A stretch of 64,000 nt of DNA from Syntrophomonadaceae bacterium. GTDB lineage: Bacteria > Bacteroidota > Ignavibacteria > Ignavibacteriales > SURF-24. Positions 48,487 to 57,702 of the stretch are shown in pieces. The stretch spans positions 1,589 through 65,588 of the forward strand of contig JBLNAZ010000056.1 in the NCBI GenBank assembly GCA_050259615.1. The letters are read 5' to 3'. Both the position numbers and the translations under genes were made by a program. Within the stretch, counting starts at the first letter, position 1, and every line of letters begins with the position of its first letter. Below the pieces are notes generated by a model that saw only the letters and a list, made by a program, of their open reading frames with translations, did not search any database and was not told the origin of the DNA.

Positions 48487-48948
48487 ATGATGCGGAAGTC
48501 TTTTTATATAATTCTTTCCTTTAGTATCTGGCTAGCATTATGTGAAGTTTTGTATCCCCAGTCTTTTAATCCAAAAGGACAATTCAAGGACCAAAAGCTT
48601 ACAGGTGATGTTCCGAAGGTAATATTTAGTAAAATTGAAGAAGGGTTTGCATTCCGGGATATCAGTAAATTTTCTGACAATATCAGCTCTCAGACCTATT
48701 TAAGCTTACCCAACGGAATTACCGGATACTATAGTGCTACTCAGGTGTTTTATATCCTGCAGGATTTTTCACGTATCTACAGGCCCGTAAGTTTCAGGTT
48801 CCTGACGGTGAACGACAGGACAGACAATCCTTACGCCTCGGGCTACTACAGATACGAATCTAAGGGGGTAAGGGGAACTGCACAGGTTTATATATCCCTG
48901 AAGCTATTTGGAAACAGTTGGAAGATTTCCCAGATTACGATTAACTGA
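48487..48948 (+). CDS. Secreted DUF4783-like small protein
   Basis: A signal peptide is followed by IFSKIEEGFAFRDISKFSDNISSQTYLSLPNGITGYYSATQVFYILQDFSRIYRPVSFRF...WKISQITI. From memory this resembles the Bacteroidota DUF4783 pattern. The stop overlaps the next gene's ATG (TGATG). Confidence 0.5.
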   Translation: MMRKSFYIILSFSIWLALCEVLYPQSFNPKGQFKDQKLTGDVPKVIFSKIEEGFAFRDISKFSDNISSQTYLSLPNGITGYYSATQVFYILQDFSRIYRPVSFRFLTVNDRTDNPYASGYYRYESKGVRGTAQVYISLKLFGNSWKISQITIN

Positions 48949-51900
48949 TGTCAGGCAAATATAAAAAAATATTAAACAAATACTTCCTGAAGGATAGTAA
49001 AAAGTATTTTGCGGTTTTTTATTTGTCTGTTTTCCTGATTTTGGTTACAGGCATCGTTTCACCTGTAATGCTTGAAAGCAGGCAGCAGAATTGGGAGAAG
49101 GAGCTAAATAAATTAGTCACTTCTATAGAGTCCTTGGTTACCTCCGGCCTTAAGTCGCAGGAAAATGATGTCCTTAATAAAAGCGCTCAGGTAAAAGCTC
49201 TGATAAGATCTGAGGCGGGCAGGAGGAAAGCCGGTCCGCAGGGTCTCATGGAAGCCTTAAATGAAAAGAATTTTTCGGGCTATTCGGTTGAAGTATTTAA
49301 TGAAAATGAGCAGCTTGCCGCCTGGACAAGTGATATTGCAATTCCGCAGGAAAGATTCTTCCCGGTTTTTTACGATCCGGGTGAAATTCACTTCTTCAGA
49401 TCCGGCCTGTGTACATATCTGACAGTCACCGATACGCTAAGGTCTTCAGGTAAGACGTACTACGAATCTGTGAGTCTCCCGGTTGAAAAATATTACGACA
49501 TTCAGAATGAATATTATAAAAAGATAAGCCTGACCGAGAGCTTTACCAATAAGTACCTGACTCCTTTTGAGATTGAATATTCCTCGGTTGCCCAGAAGAG
49601 TCTGGATGGAAGGAAGTATTCCGTTGTCATAAACAACAACAGAAACCGCCAGATTGCCGTAGTCACGTTCTTAAAACCGGCAAAAGATGAAAGACTGGCC
49701 AGTCTGAAAGATTTCTTTATCGATCTTCAGTCTATTCTTGCAGTCATCGGCTTTACAGGCTTACTTATGGGATTTTACAGTGAGCTGAAAGGCCTTAAAA
49801 GCAGGCTTCTTAAATCCTCAATTCTCATAGCTTTTACCGTTGCCGTAAGGTTCGGGCTCTTTTTCATGGAGATCCCGGCTAAATTTTTAGAGGGTCCTTT
49901 AACGAACGCTTCTTATTTTGCCTCGGCTTTTGGGTTCGGAATTGTAAAATCCCCGCTGGAATTCTTTATTACAGTTGTTTTTGCTCTTTTCATATGCATC
50001 AGCATATTCGAAAACGTGACCGCCTATGTAAAGGGGAACGGGAGAAATGAGAAGAATAACATATTTTTATTTGGCATCCTTACCGCAATTTCTGTCCTCC
50101 TGTATCTTATTTTTCTGAGAGGCTTAGGGGCTTCAATCAAAAGCGTGATATTTGATTCCTCTTTGAGGTATTTCAAAGAGCCGGGACTCCTGCCCAATTA
50201 TCCTGCTGCTTTGATGCAGCTGAACGTGCTTCTTTTAGGAATCGGTTCAGTTTTAATTGCCGTCTCAATACTGCTGACAATATTTAACTATATCCCGTAT
50301 ATAGAAAAGGATAAAGTTAAGAAAAGTATGCTCGTTGTGTTCATAGTGTTTCAGGCTGCAGGAATTGTTTATGATATTACGCAAAATGAACCCCAGGGCA
50401 CCCCTCTAATCAGGATCTTATTTGTCACGTTTACTTTTATACTGGCGTATAAAATTTATTTTGAAGAGCAAAAAGTGCTCTACAATTATGTATATTTTGC
50501 CCTCATCTCATCGGTTATAACAATAAGCCTGCTCAACTACTATAACTCCTCTCTGGAGAAAGAGTCCCTTAAGACCACAGCTTATGAACTGACAAGAGCC
50601 AGCGACGAGTGGCTGGAATTCCTCGTGCGCGAGGCTTTGATAAACGCAACAAGAAGTGATGAGACCTTTAAGGCCCTGAAAGAGCAGGGGACTAACTTTG
50701 AGACCGCGGCCTTTATGATCTGGTCGCAAAGCTCCCTTCAGCGTGAGTCTATGCGCTCCTCGGTTACACTTTTGGACAGAGAAAAAAGAATGCTAGGCAG
50801 TTTTGGAGTGGATATAGACCCCATGTACAGGGTTACCCCAATGGTGCTCAACTACGAGGGCGAAGAGATGCAGATCTTTAATAATTACAGGCCCATGGGT
50901 CTGGATGGGAAAATTATCTCGGGCATTGTGCCTATTAAAGAAGATAATGTTCTCCTGGGCTATGTTGTGGCCTCAGTGCAATTTAATCCAGATAACTACA
51001 AGGTCAGCAGCCTTCCCCCGTTTCTGGCATCCAATTATAATTCTGCAAATTCAACCGTCAGCTTTGAAAAACTGAAAATATTTGAGTTTGAAAATGACAG
51101 GCTGAAAAATGTCCTCGGTGATATTACTCCTGCCGATACATACACGAAAAGCATCCTTTATGCCAATCCGGACCAGAGGGAAGCCTGGACTACACTTAAC
51201 GTTGATGATGAGAACTATACTACTTATATACTGAGGGAAATAAAAGGGGACAAGTTAAGAACAATTGCTGTACTCTTAAGAGAAAAGAATTTTTCCTGGA
51301 GCCTTTATAATTTTTTCAAAGTGTTTTTCATTCACAGCATTTTTATAATTGTGCTGCTCCTGGCATTATATGGGGCACAGGTCAGGAAGTCGGGATTCAT
51401 AAAGTATACTTTCAGGGCGCAGCTTCTTGCAGCTTTTCTTTTTATATCCTTGCTGCCGCTCATCTTTATGGCGTTTTATAACAGGAGCCTTACTGAGGAG
51501 AAAAACCGTGACCTCATTTTATTAAAGCTCGGGCAGAATACCGGCAACATTGAAAGCTACATTAAAGAACATTTAAGGCTGGATAAAAATAAATCTTTTA
51601 ACCTGATATTTTCTGAAGCTTCGCGGGACCTTAATCTCGACTTTTCCTTATATTCCGGGCTCAGGCAGACATTCAGCACTCGTGAAGAGTATTTCAGAGC
51701 GGGAATTCTGCCTGAAGTAATGAACCCTGCTGCTTACAGCAAGCTTTACTTTCAGGGATATACCAGGTACGATATGACTGAAAAAATTGAGAATTATGAA
51801 TATAATTCAATTTATACCAAGGTTAACTTTGAAGGCAGGGAGTACGTACTTAAAGTAAGCGACATGTTCAATAGAATATCGCTTCCTATTACAGGCGAAG

Positions 51901-52805
51901 AAGTGGATATATTTCTTTTCGGAAGCTATTTCTTTGCTACTATTCTCGTTATAATAATAAGCACCATTCTGGCCAACAGAATATCCTCTCCCATCAGGGG
52001 GCTGACGAAGGCTACGATTTCCGTTGCAGGCGGGGACCTGAATTTTGAAATAAAAAATCAGCAGAAAGGTGAAATCAGGGACCTTATTAACGGGTTTAAT
52101 TCAATGATCAGGGAGCTGCATAGAAGTCAGTCGGAGCTTGCACAGCTGGAAAGAGAAACTGCCTGGAAGGAGATGGCACGCCAGGTAGCACACGAGATCA
52201 AAAACCCGCTTACACCGATGAAACTTGCCGTCCAGCAGCTTGTAATTGCGTACAGGGATAAGTCGCCCAAGTTTGATGCTATTTTTGATAAAGTATCTAA
52301 AACGATTATAAATCAGATCGACACCTTAAGCAATATTGCTTCGGAATTTTCCGGATTTGCAAGAATGCCCAACCTTAAGATGGAGAAGGTTGACATTGGC
52401 GCGGTTATTCAGGAAGCATGTGACCTTTATGTGGAAGAGAATGTGAAAATTTTTATCAGCAAGGAAGCAGTAAATCTTACTGTTGAGGCTGATAAAGACC
52501 AGCTTAAAAGAACAATAATAAATCTTATCAGAAATTCCATTCAGGCCGGAGCAACAGCAGTAAGCCTCAGGGCACAAAAAGACGGTGAAATGGTTGACCT
52601 TGAGATCACGGATAACGGCAGGGGAATTCCGCAGGAGTTCATTTCACGCATCTTTGAACCCAACTTTACGACAAAGGAAAAAGGTATGGGATTAGGCCTT
52701 AAGTTAGCAAAGAAGTTTATGGAAGGTATCGGCGGCAGTATAAGCATAGTTGAGTCCTCAGAGACAGGCACAAGAATCCTTCTGCAATTTAAAGGAACGC
52801 GGTAA
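48948..52805 (+). CDS. Giant polytopic sensor histidine kinase (NtrY-like HAMP-HisKA-HATPase core, about 950-aa unknown sensor region)
   Basis: At the C-terminus, the HAMP region reads ISSPIRGLTKATISVAGGDLNFEI, the H-box AWKEMARQVAHEIKNPLTPMKLAVQQL, the N-box LIRNSIQAG and the G-boxes TDNGRGIP and GMGLGLKLAKKF. The N-terminal region has at least 10 predicted TM helices and two large loop domains. Confidence 0.8.
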   Translation: MSGKYKKILNKYFLKDSKKYFAVFYLSVFLILVTGIVSPVMLESRQQNWEKELNKLVTSIESLVTSGLKSQENDVLNKSAQVKALIRSEAGRRKAGPQGLMEALNEKNFSGYSVEVFNENEQLAAWTSDIAIPQERFFPVFYDPGEIHFFRSGLCTYLTVTDTLRSSGKTYYESVSLPVEKYYDIQNEYYKKISLTESFTNKYLTPFEIEYSSVAQKSLDGRKYSVVINNNRNRQIAVVTFLKPAKDERLASLKDFFIDLQSILAVIGFTGLLMGFYSELKGLKSRLLKSSILIAFTVAVRFGLFFMEIPAKFLEGPLTNASYFASAFGFGIVKSPLEFFITVVFALFICISIFENVTAYVKGNGRNEKNNIFLFGILTAISVLLYLIFLRGLGASIKSVIFDSSLRYFKEPGLLPNYPAALMQLNVLLLGIGSVLIAVSILLTIFNYIPYIEKDKVKKSMLVVFIVFQAAGIVYDITQNEPQGTPLIRILFVTFTFILAYKIYFEEQKVLYNYVYFALISSVITISLLNYYNSSLEKESLKTTAYELTRASDEWLEFLVREALINATRSDETFKALKEQGTNFETAAFMIWSQSSLQRESMRSSVTLLDREKRMLGSFGVDIDPMYRVTPMVLNYEGEEMQIFNNYRPMGLDGKIISGIVPIKEDNVLLGYVVASVQFNPDNYKVSSLPPFLASNYNSANSTVSFEKLKIFEFENDRLKNVLGDITPADTYTKSILYANPDQREAWTTLNVDDENYTTYILREIKGDKLRTIAVLLREKNFSWSLYNFFKVFFIHSIFIIVLLLALYGAQVRKSGFIKYTFRAQLLAAFLFISLLPLIFMAFYNRSLTEEKNRDLILLKLGQNTGNIESYIKEHLRLDKNKSFNLIFSEASRDLNLDFSLYSGLRQTFSTREEYFRAGILPEVMNPAAYSKLYFQGYTRYDMTEKIENYEYNSIYTKVNFEGREYVLKVSDMFNRISLPITGEEVDIFLFGSYFFATILVIIISTILANRISSPIRGLTKATISVAGGDLNFEIKNQQKGEIRDLINGFNSMIRELHRSQSELAQLERETAWKEMARQVAHEIKNPLTPMKLAVQQLVIAYRDKSPKFDAIFDKVSKTIINQIDTLSNIASEFSGFARMPNLKMEKVDIGAVIQEACDLYVEENVKIFISKEAVNLTVEADKDQLKRTIINLIRNSIQAGATAVSLRAQKDGEMVDLEITDNGRGIPQEFISRIFEPNFTTKEKGMGLGLKLAKKFMEGIGGSISIVESSETGTRILLQFKGTR

Positions 52806-52807
52806 AA

Positions 52808-55800
52808 ATGACTGGAATTACTCCACATCAAATGGCTGCTTTGAACTACAAAGAGCACATTTCCCTGACCGCAAATGCCGGCTCGGGAAAAACATTTGTC
52901 CTTTCAAGACGCTACGTGGAAATAGCCCTGAAGGAAGATGTTTCTTTAAGGAATATTGTTGCCATTACATTTACCGACAAAGCTGCGGGTGAGCTCTACA
53001 AGAAGATTTCCGAAGAGGTGCAGAGGCGATACCTGGAGAGTACAGATTACCAGGAAAAAAAGATCATTGAAAGAATAAGACGCCAGCTCGTTTCGGCTAA
53101 TATTTCAACCATCCACTCTTTCTGTATCGACATACTCCGTGAGTTTCCACTGGAAGCAGAGCTGGATGCCAATTTTACCCCAATTGATCAGAACCTGTCT
53201 GATGAGCTCCTGGATCTGAGCGTAGAAGAAACAATAAAGCGTTACATCACTGATGAAGAAAATTCAAGCAAGCTTAAATACCTGATCAGGATATTTGCTT
53301 CCAAAAATGTTCTCAAGAACGTTGTAGCATCCCTTATACAAAAAAGAAAAAACATATTAAAGCTGGCTTCAACCGTATATACACAGGATGAAAAAGAAAT
53401 CAGCAGCTTCTTCTACGGGAATTTTGAGAAGTATGTTTCTGCAATTGTTGAATGTAATAAGGATAAGGTTCTTGGTGACGTTAACAGGATTAACGATACA
53501 GTGCTTTCCCATAAGCCCGATAACCTGCTGGCTCTCGAAATCAAATCTCTTTTGTGCAGGCTTTCAGAAACTGATGGCTTCAGAGAGCTGCTCCCTTTAA
53601 TAAAGGAACTTAAAAGTAAGCTGTTAACCAGCTCAACTTCAAGTGTGAAGAAAGCCGGATACCTGAATAAGGAAAGAGAGATTTTAAGTGGCGAGATAAA
53701 AAGGGCAGAGGAATATTTTTCTGAAATTGCCGGATTCGACCTGCCTGAAAACCATGAAGAAGTAGAGCTGGAACTTGCACGATTCGGCAAGAGTCTCATT
53801 GAGGTTTTTAATAATGCCTTAAGCATATACGACGAAAAAAAACGTCAGAACGGCTATCTCGACTTTGAGGATATACTGATCCTTACTCAGAATATTCTCC
53901 TAAAAGAGGATGTCTGTAGAGCCTTAAGAGAAAAATTTCAGTACGTAATGATTGACGAGTACCAGGATACCAACGAAGTCCAGTACGAAATCTTTATGCC
54001 TATTCTGGATTACCTTAGGCAGGGGAATCTATTTATTGTTGGTGACGAGAAGCAGAGCATTTATATGTTCCGCGACGCAGAGCTTAAGATATTCAGCCGC
54101 ACGAAAGAGGATATCATGGCGGCTGTCGGAGAAAAGAACCTGCTTAATCTGCCCGACAGCTTCAGGATGGCTCCGGCAATATGTCTTTTTACCAATTATA
54201 TCTTCCGCAGACTTTTTAATAATGCAAATCCTGCCTACAATGAAGTTGGCTATTGCGACCTCGTTTGTGCAAAGGATGAAGCTACGCCGGGCGGAGTGGA
54301 ACTGATACTTGCGCAGAAAGCTGACGAAATAAATACTGAGGCTGAACTGGTTGCCCGTAAAATTGTCAGCCTTACGCAGCACAGTCTTTCACAGCCAGAT
54401 GAAACTGAGAATGCAGACAAAATCAGGTTCGATGATATAGCAATTCTATGCAGGAAAAGAAAATCTTTTGAAGAGCTCGAAAGGTCTTTTAACAGGTATC
54501 ACATACCTTTTACCATTGTAGGCGGTACAGGATTTTACCAGAAGCAGCTGGTTTCAGACATATACAATTATCTGTCGTTTCTCCTTAACAGGGAAAATGA
54601 TGCGGCACTGGTAAGCATCTTAAGGTCGCCGTTTTTCTCACTTTCCGACGTTGATATTTTTGAAATATCGCTGAAAAAAAAGTACTGCTTCTGGGATTCT
54701 CTGCAGGCTTATGCCGCCGAATCGCCCAGAATCCTGGAGATTGCATCAATTCTGAATAACAATCTGGTGCTAGTTCATCAGTATGACCTTACCTCTCTGC
54801 TGCGTAAAATAGTAAGGGAAAGCAGCTATCTTACAGTTCTCAGCTCAAAACCGAACGGGCTTCAGGAAATAGCAAACCTTGAAAAACTGATCACTATTTC
54901 GCATAACTTTTCCGTATCTGGTTACAAGACACTCTACGACTTTATTAACTATCTTAGCGATGCTATAATAAATATCGACGACGAGGGGCAGGCTTCTGTT
55001 GCCCTTGAAAGCGCATGCGTTAAGATAATGACGCTTCATCAGGCAAAGGGCCTTGAATACAAGACCGTCTTTCTTTATGCCTGTCATGAATATACCCAGC
55101 AGGATACGGTAAAGGCAAAATCGGTTATTATAAATAAGGATTTTGGCCTGCTTACTTCCGTTCCCGTAAACAACAACTATTTTGAAGACTATAAGCCGGC
55201 GCCAATTGTTGCACTCCATAATTTCATTGCCAGAAAAAAAAATCTGGCTGAAATAAAAAGGCTCCTTTATGTGGGTGTAACCAGGGCAAAGAATTACCTT
55301 TACATTTCCGCAACACATAAGGATCATAAGTTTAACCCGGAATCTTTCATGAGCCTTATCTTAACAGGACTTGGAGCAACTCTTCCCGTGGAGAATATTG
55401 AGATAAATTTTGAGCAGAATTTTCTTAAGAGTCTTGAAGATGGTTTTGCAAATGAAATAAAAACTCTGTTATTGAATATACCCGTCCTGAATGAAGTAAA
55501 CGCTGCTGCTCCAATTGAAACATCAGACAACAGCAGCAGCCTTTCAGAAAAAATTCTGAAGATAGAGCCTGTTTTGGATATGCAGGAAGATGAGACGATT
55601 TCTGCCACAAAGATTGCCGTATACACTCAGTGCCCCATGAAATATTACCTTACTTATGAACTGGGCTACTCGAAACTTCTTAAAACATTCCAGAGAGATT
55701 TTACGCATTTTGATTTTAAGGAAGAAGATGAAAACTCAAGGCCTTCATTTGCGGATGTAAAGGGAAAAATAATGCATACGCTCCTTGAACATGAAGTAAT

Positions 55801-56374
55801 GCCCGGTCAGTACGAGGATTCTCTTGAAGAAATGATCAAAAGCGAACTGCACTTTGTTGACGCAACGGAGGAAAATCTTATATCTATAAAGAAATCAGTT
55901 GTTGAGGATTTGAATTCATATCTGGCGTCAGGGGTTTCAAAGGAAATAAGATCTTACAAGTCATTTAAGAATGAATTTGAGCTGCTGGTAAGAGAAAAGG
56001 ACTTCTATCTCTATGGAATTGTGGATAAACTCATTGTAGAGGATAAAAGGTTAATTGTAGTAGATTTCAAGTCGGATGGAATCGGTCCAGAGGAAATTTC
56101 CTCACGCAAAGAGCATTACTTCCCCCAGCTTAAGTTTTATGCCTATCTTTTAAGCAGGCTCTATCCGGAAGTTGAAGAGGTGGAGATCAGGTTGATATTT
56201 CTGAAACATCCGGAAATTGAAGTAAAATCCTTACTTAAAAAAGAGGAGATCGAAATAATAGGAATGGAATTGTACGGGGTTGTGGATAAAATCCGCAAAA
56301 TGGAATTCAATAAAAACCTTAAGCATTGCTGCTTCTGCTCCTATTTTTTGGATAACCGCTGCATTATGCAGTAG
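52808..56374 (+). CDS. UvrD/AddA-like SF1 helicase fused to a Cas4/AddB-type PD-(D/E)XK nuclease with a four-cysteine cluster
   Basis: Walker A is TANAGSGKTFVL, followed by AITFTDKAA.E, MIDEYQDTN and HQAKGLEY....VGVTRA. The C-terminal nuclease motifs are YTQCPMKYYL, GIVDKL...VVDFKSD, QLKFYAYLL and the terminal HCCFCSYFLDNRC. Confidence 0.8.
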   Translation: MTGITPHQMAALNYKEHISLTANAGSGKTFVLSRRYVEIALKEDVSLRNIVAITFTDKAAGELYKKISEEVQRRYLESTDYQEKKIIERIRRQLVSANISTIHSFCIDILREFPLEAELDANFTPIDQNLSDELLDLSVEETIKRYITDEENSSKLKYLIRIFASKNVLKNVVASLIQKRKNILKLASTVYTQDEKEISSFFYGNFEKYVSAIVECNKDKVLGDVNRINDTVLSHKPDNLLALEIKSLLCRLSETDGFRELLPLIKELKSKLLTSSTSSVKKAGYLNKEREILSGEIKRAEEYFSEIAGFDLPENHEEVELELARFGKSLIEVFNNALSIYDEKKRQNGYLDFEDILILTQNILLKEDVCRALREKFQYVMIDEYQDTNEVQYEIFMPILDYLRQGNLFIVGDEKQSIYMFRDAELKIFSRTKEDIMAAVGEKNLLNLPDSFRMAPAICLFTNYIFRRLFNNANPAYNEVGYCDLVCAKDEATPGGVELILAQKADEINTEAELVARKIVSLTQHSLSQPDETENADKIRFDDIAILCRKRKSFEELERSFNRYHIPFTIVGGTGFYQKQLVSDIYNYLSFLLNRENDAALVSILRSPFFSLSDVDIFEISLKKKYCFWDSLQAYAAESPRILEIASILNNNLVLVHQYDLTSLLRKIVRESSYLTVLSSKPNGLQEIANLEKLITISHNFSVSGYKTLYDFINYLSDAIINIDDEGQASVALESACVKIMTLHQAKGLEYKTVFLYACHEYTQQDTVKAKSVIINKDFGLLTSVPVNNNYFEDYKPAPIVALHNFIARKKNLAEIKRLLYVGVTRAKNYLYISATHKDHKFNPESFMSLILTGLGATLPVENIEINFEQNFLKSLEDGFANEIKTLLLNIPVLNEVNAAAPIETSDNSSSLSEKILKIEPVLDMQEDETISATKIAVYTQCPMKYYLTYELGYSKLLKTFQRDFTHFDFKEEDENSRPSFADVKGKIMHTLLEHEVMPGQYEDSLEEMIKSELHFVDATEENLISIKKSVVEDLNSYLASGVSKEIRSYKSFKNEFELLVREKDFYLYGIVDKLIVEDKRLIVVDFKSDGIGPEEISSRKEHYFPQLKFYAYLLSRLYPEVEEVEIRLIFLKHPEIEVKSLLKKEEIEIIGMELYGVVDKIRKMEFNKNLKHCCFCSYFLDNRCIMQ

Positions 56375-56395
56375 AAGGGAAATGGATTAATTTCT

Positions 56396-56887
56396 GTGGA
56401 AACAAACAGCATAATAGTGCCGGAAAATTCAGCTTCTGAAAAGGAAATTTTGATGCCAAAAGCGGGTATATTCAGGAGGGGAATGGCATTTTTTATGGAT
56501 CATTTAATTCTTTTGGTCACATTTTTATTTGTTTTTAATCATTATTTTGATTTCTTTTTATACAAAATAATATTTTCATCGCGGCAGTTTGCTCTATTGG
56601 TTGCAATTATTATCTTTATAGTTGAACTGTATTTTGTTCTCTTTGAGTGGCTTTGGAATGGAAAAACTCCGGGCAAGTTTCTTTTGGGTATATTTGTTGT
56701 AAAAGAGGGTAAAAAGGATTTGGATTTTTATTCCCTGCTGGTCCGGAACTTATTAAGGTGTACGTATTTTATACCCCCACTGTTTATATTGCCCGACCTG
56801 ATATCGATAATAGTCAGTAAGCAAAATAAAAGATTGGGAGATCTGGCTGCCGGAACAGTTTGTGTAGTAAAAAAAAGAGTTAAATGA
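56396..56887 (+). CDS. RDD family membrane protein
   Basis: The sequence runs FRRGMAFFMDHLIL..., then three TM segments, then ...KRLGDLAAGTVCV, following the RDD domain pattern. It starts at GTG. Confidence 0.7.
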   Translation: METNSIIVPENSASEKEILMPKAGIFRRGMAFFMDHLILLVTFLFVFNHYFDFFLYKIIFSSRQFALLVAIIIFIVELYFVLFEWLWNGKTPGKFLLGIFVVKEGKKDLDFYSLLVRNLLRCTYFIPPLFILPDLISIIVSKQNKRLGDLAAGTVCVVKKRVK

Positions 56888-57003
56888 GAATAGAAGTCTG
56901 AAGCAAAAGCTTTGGGCACTTTTACGAAGTCTTTTTTGCTTCCGGCTTTCAGGCCGGAATGAGTGGACTGGCATTAAAAGTTAAATTCAACTAAGGAGTT
57001 AAT

Positions 57004-57453
57004 ATGAAAAGCAGAATTACCCAGATAAGAGATATGGCTGTAATTGAGGATGAATTAAATGCGGAAAAAGCAGGTGTACTCAGCTTCATAAGCCCCGACG
57101 AGGAACTTGTACAGGCTGTTGTTCCTTATCTTTACCTGGATAAAAATGTTTACTTATTCTTTGAGGAGTCCGATGAGAACTTCCTGAACATAAATTTCGA
57201 TACCAATGTCAGTTTCACAGTCTTTAAAGCTGAAAACAGGGATAAAACTTTTAAAGGAAAAGGTTATAAGCTGATGCAGATCTTATGCCGCGGCATAATA
57301 AGAAGAGTGGAAGAAGCTAAAAGTGCCGAGGAAGTTTACAGCCAGTATATAAACAAGTACTACGCTGATTCTGAAGGTGAAGAATCTTACATAGGTATGA
57401 GAGCAGCCTTTATCGATACAGAGGAAATCCAGGCCAGCAGCATTACTGCCTGA
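57004..57453 (+). CDS. Pyridoxamine 5'-phosphate oxidase-like (split-barrel flavin-binding) family protein
   Basis: The 149-aa product has ...AGVLSFISPDEELVQAVVPYLYLDKNVYLFFEES..., which resembles Pyridox_ox_2/NimA-like proteins. The assignment is tentative. Confidence 0.5.
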   Translation: MKSRITQIRDMAVIEDELNAEKAGVLSFISPDEELVQAVVPYLYLDKNVYLFFEESDENFLNINFDTNVSFTVFKAENRDKTFKGKGYKLMQILCRGIIRRVEEAKSAEEVYSQYINKYYADSEGEESYIGMRAAFIDTEEIQASSITA

Positions 57454-57499
57454 TTGCCGCTTTGGGCAGAGATACTTCAGGATGGCAGTATTTTTTTTT
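57444..57499 (+). terminator. Terminator after the PNPOx-like gene
   Basis: tactgcc (57444-50) pairs with ggcagta (57484-90) and encloses a smaller tgcc/ggca hairpin. A T9 run (57491-99) follows directly. Confidence 0.5.
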
Positions 57500-57702
57500 G
57501 AATTTAGTTGCAAATTCCGCATTCCGTATTGTCTTACCCTTCATGAAAATTAAAATCACTGATGAATTTTTAATAAAAGTATCATAAATTGCTATTTGTA
57601 ATTTTGACCATTGGATATTCTTATAAACTATATCCTTTTGAGTGAGCGGTTTTGATTCAAAAGGCGATTTTTATCATTAAATTTGTTTTGCGGAGCATGT
57701 AA

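Noticed and set aside
53413-55327. Several 100-160-aa antisense ORFs (53413-53826, 54029-54382, 54845-55327) inside the helicase-nuclease gene.
   Set aside because: The sense frame carries continuous UvrD motifs. The antisense ORFs have no motifs or RBS.
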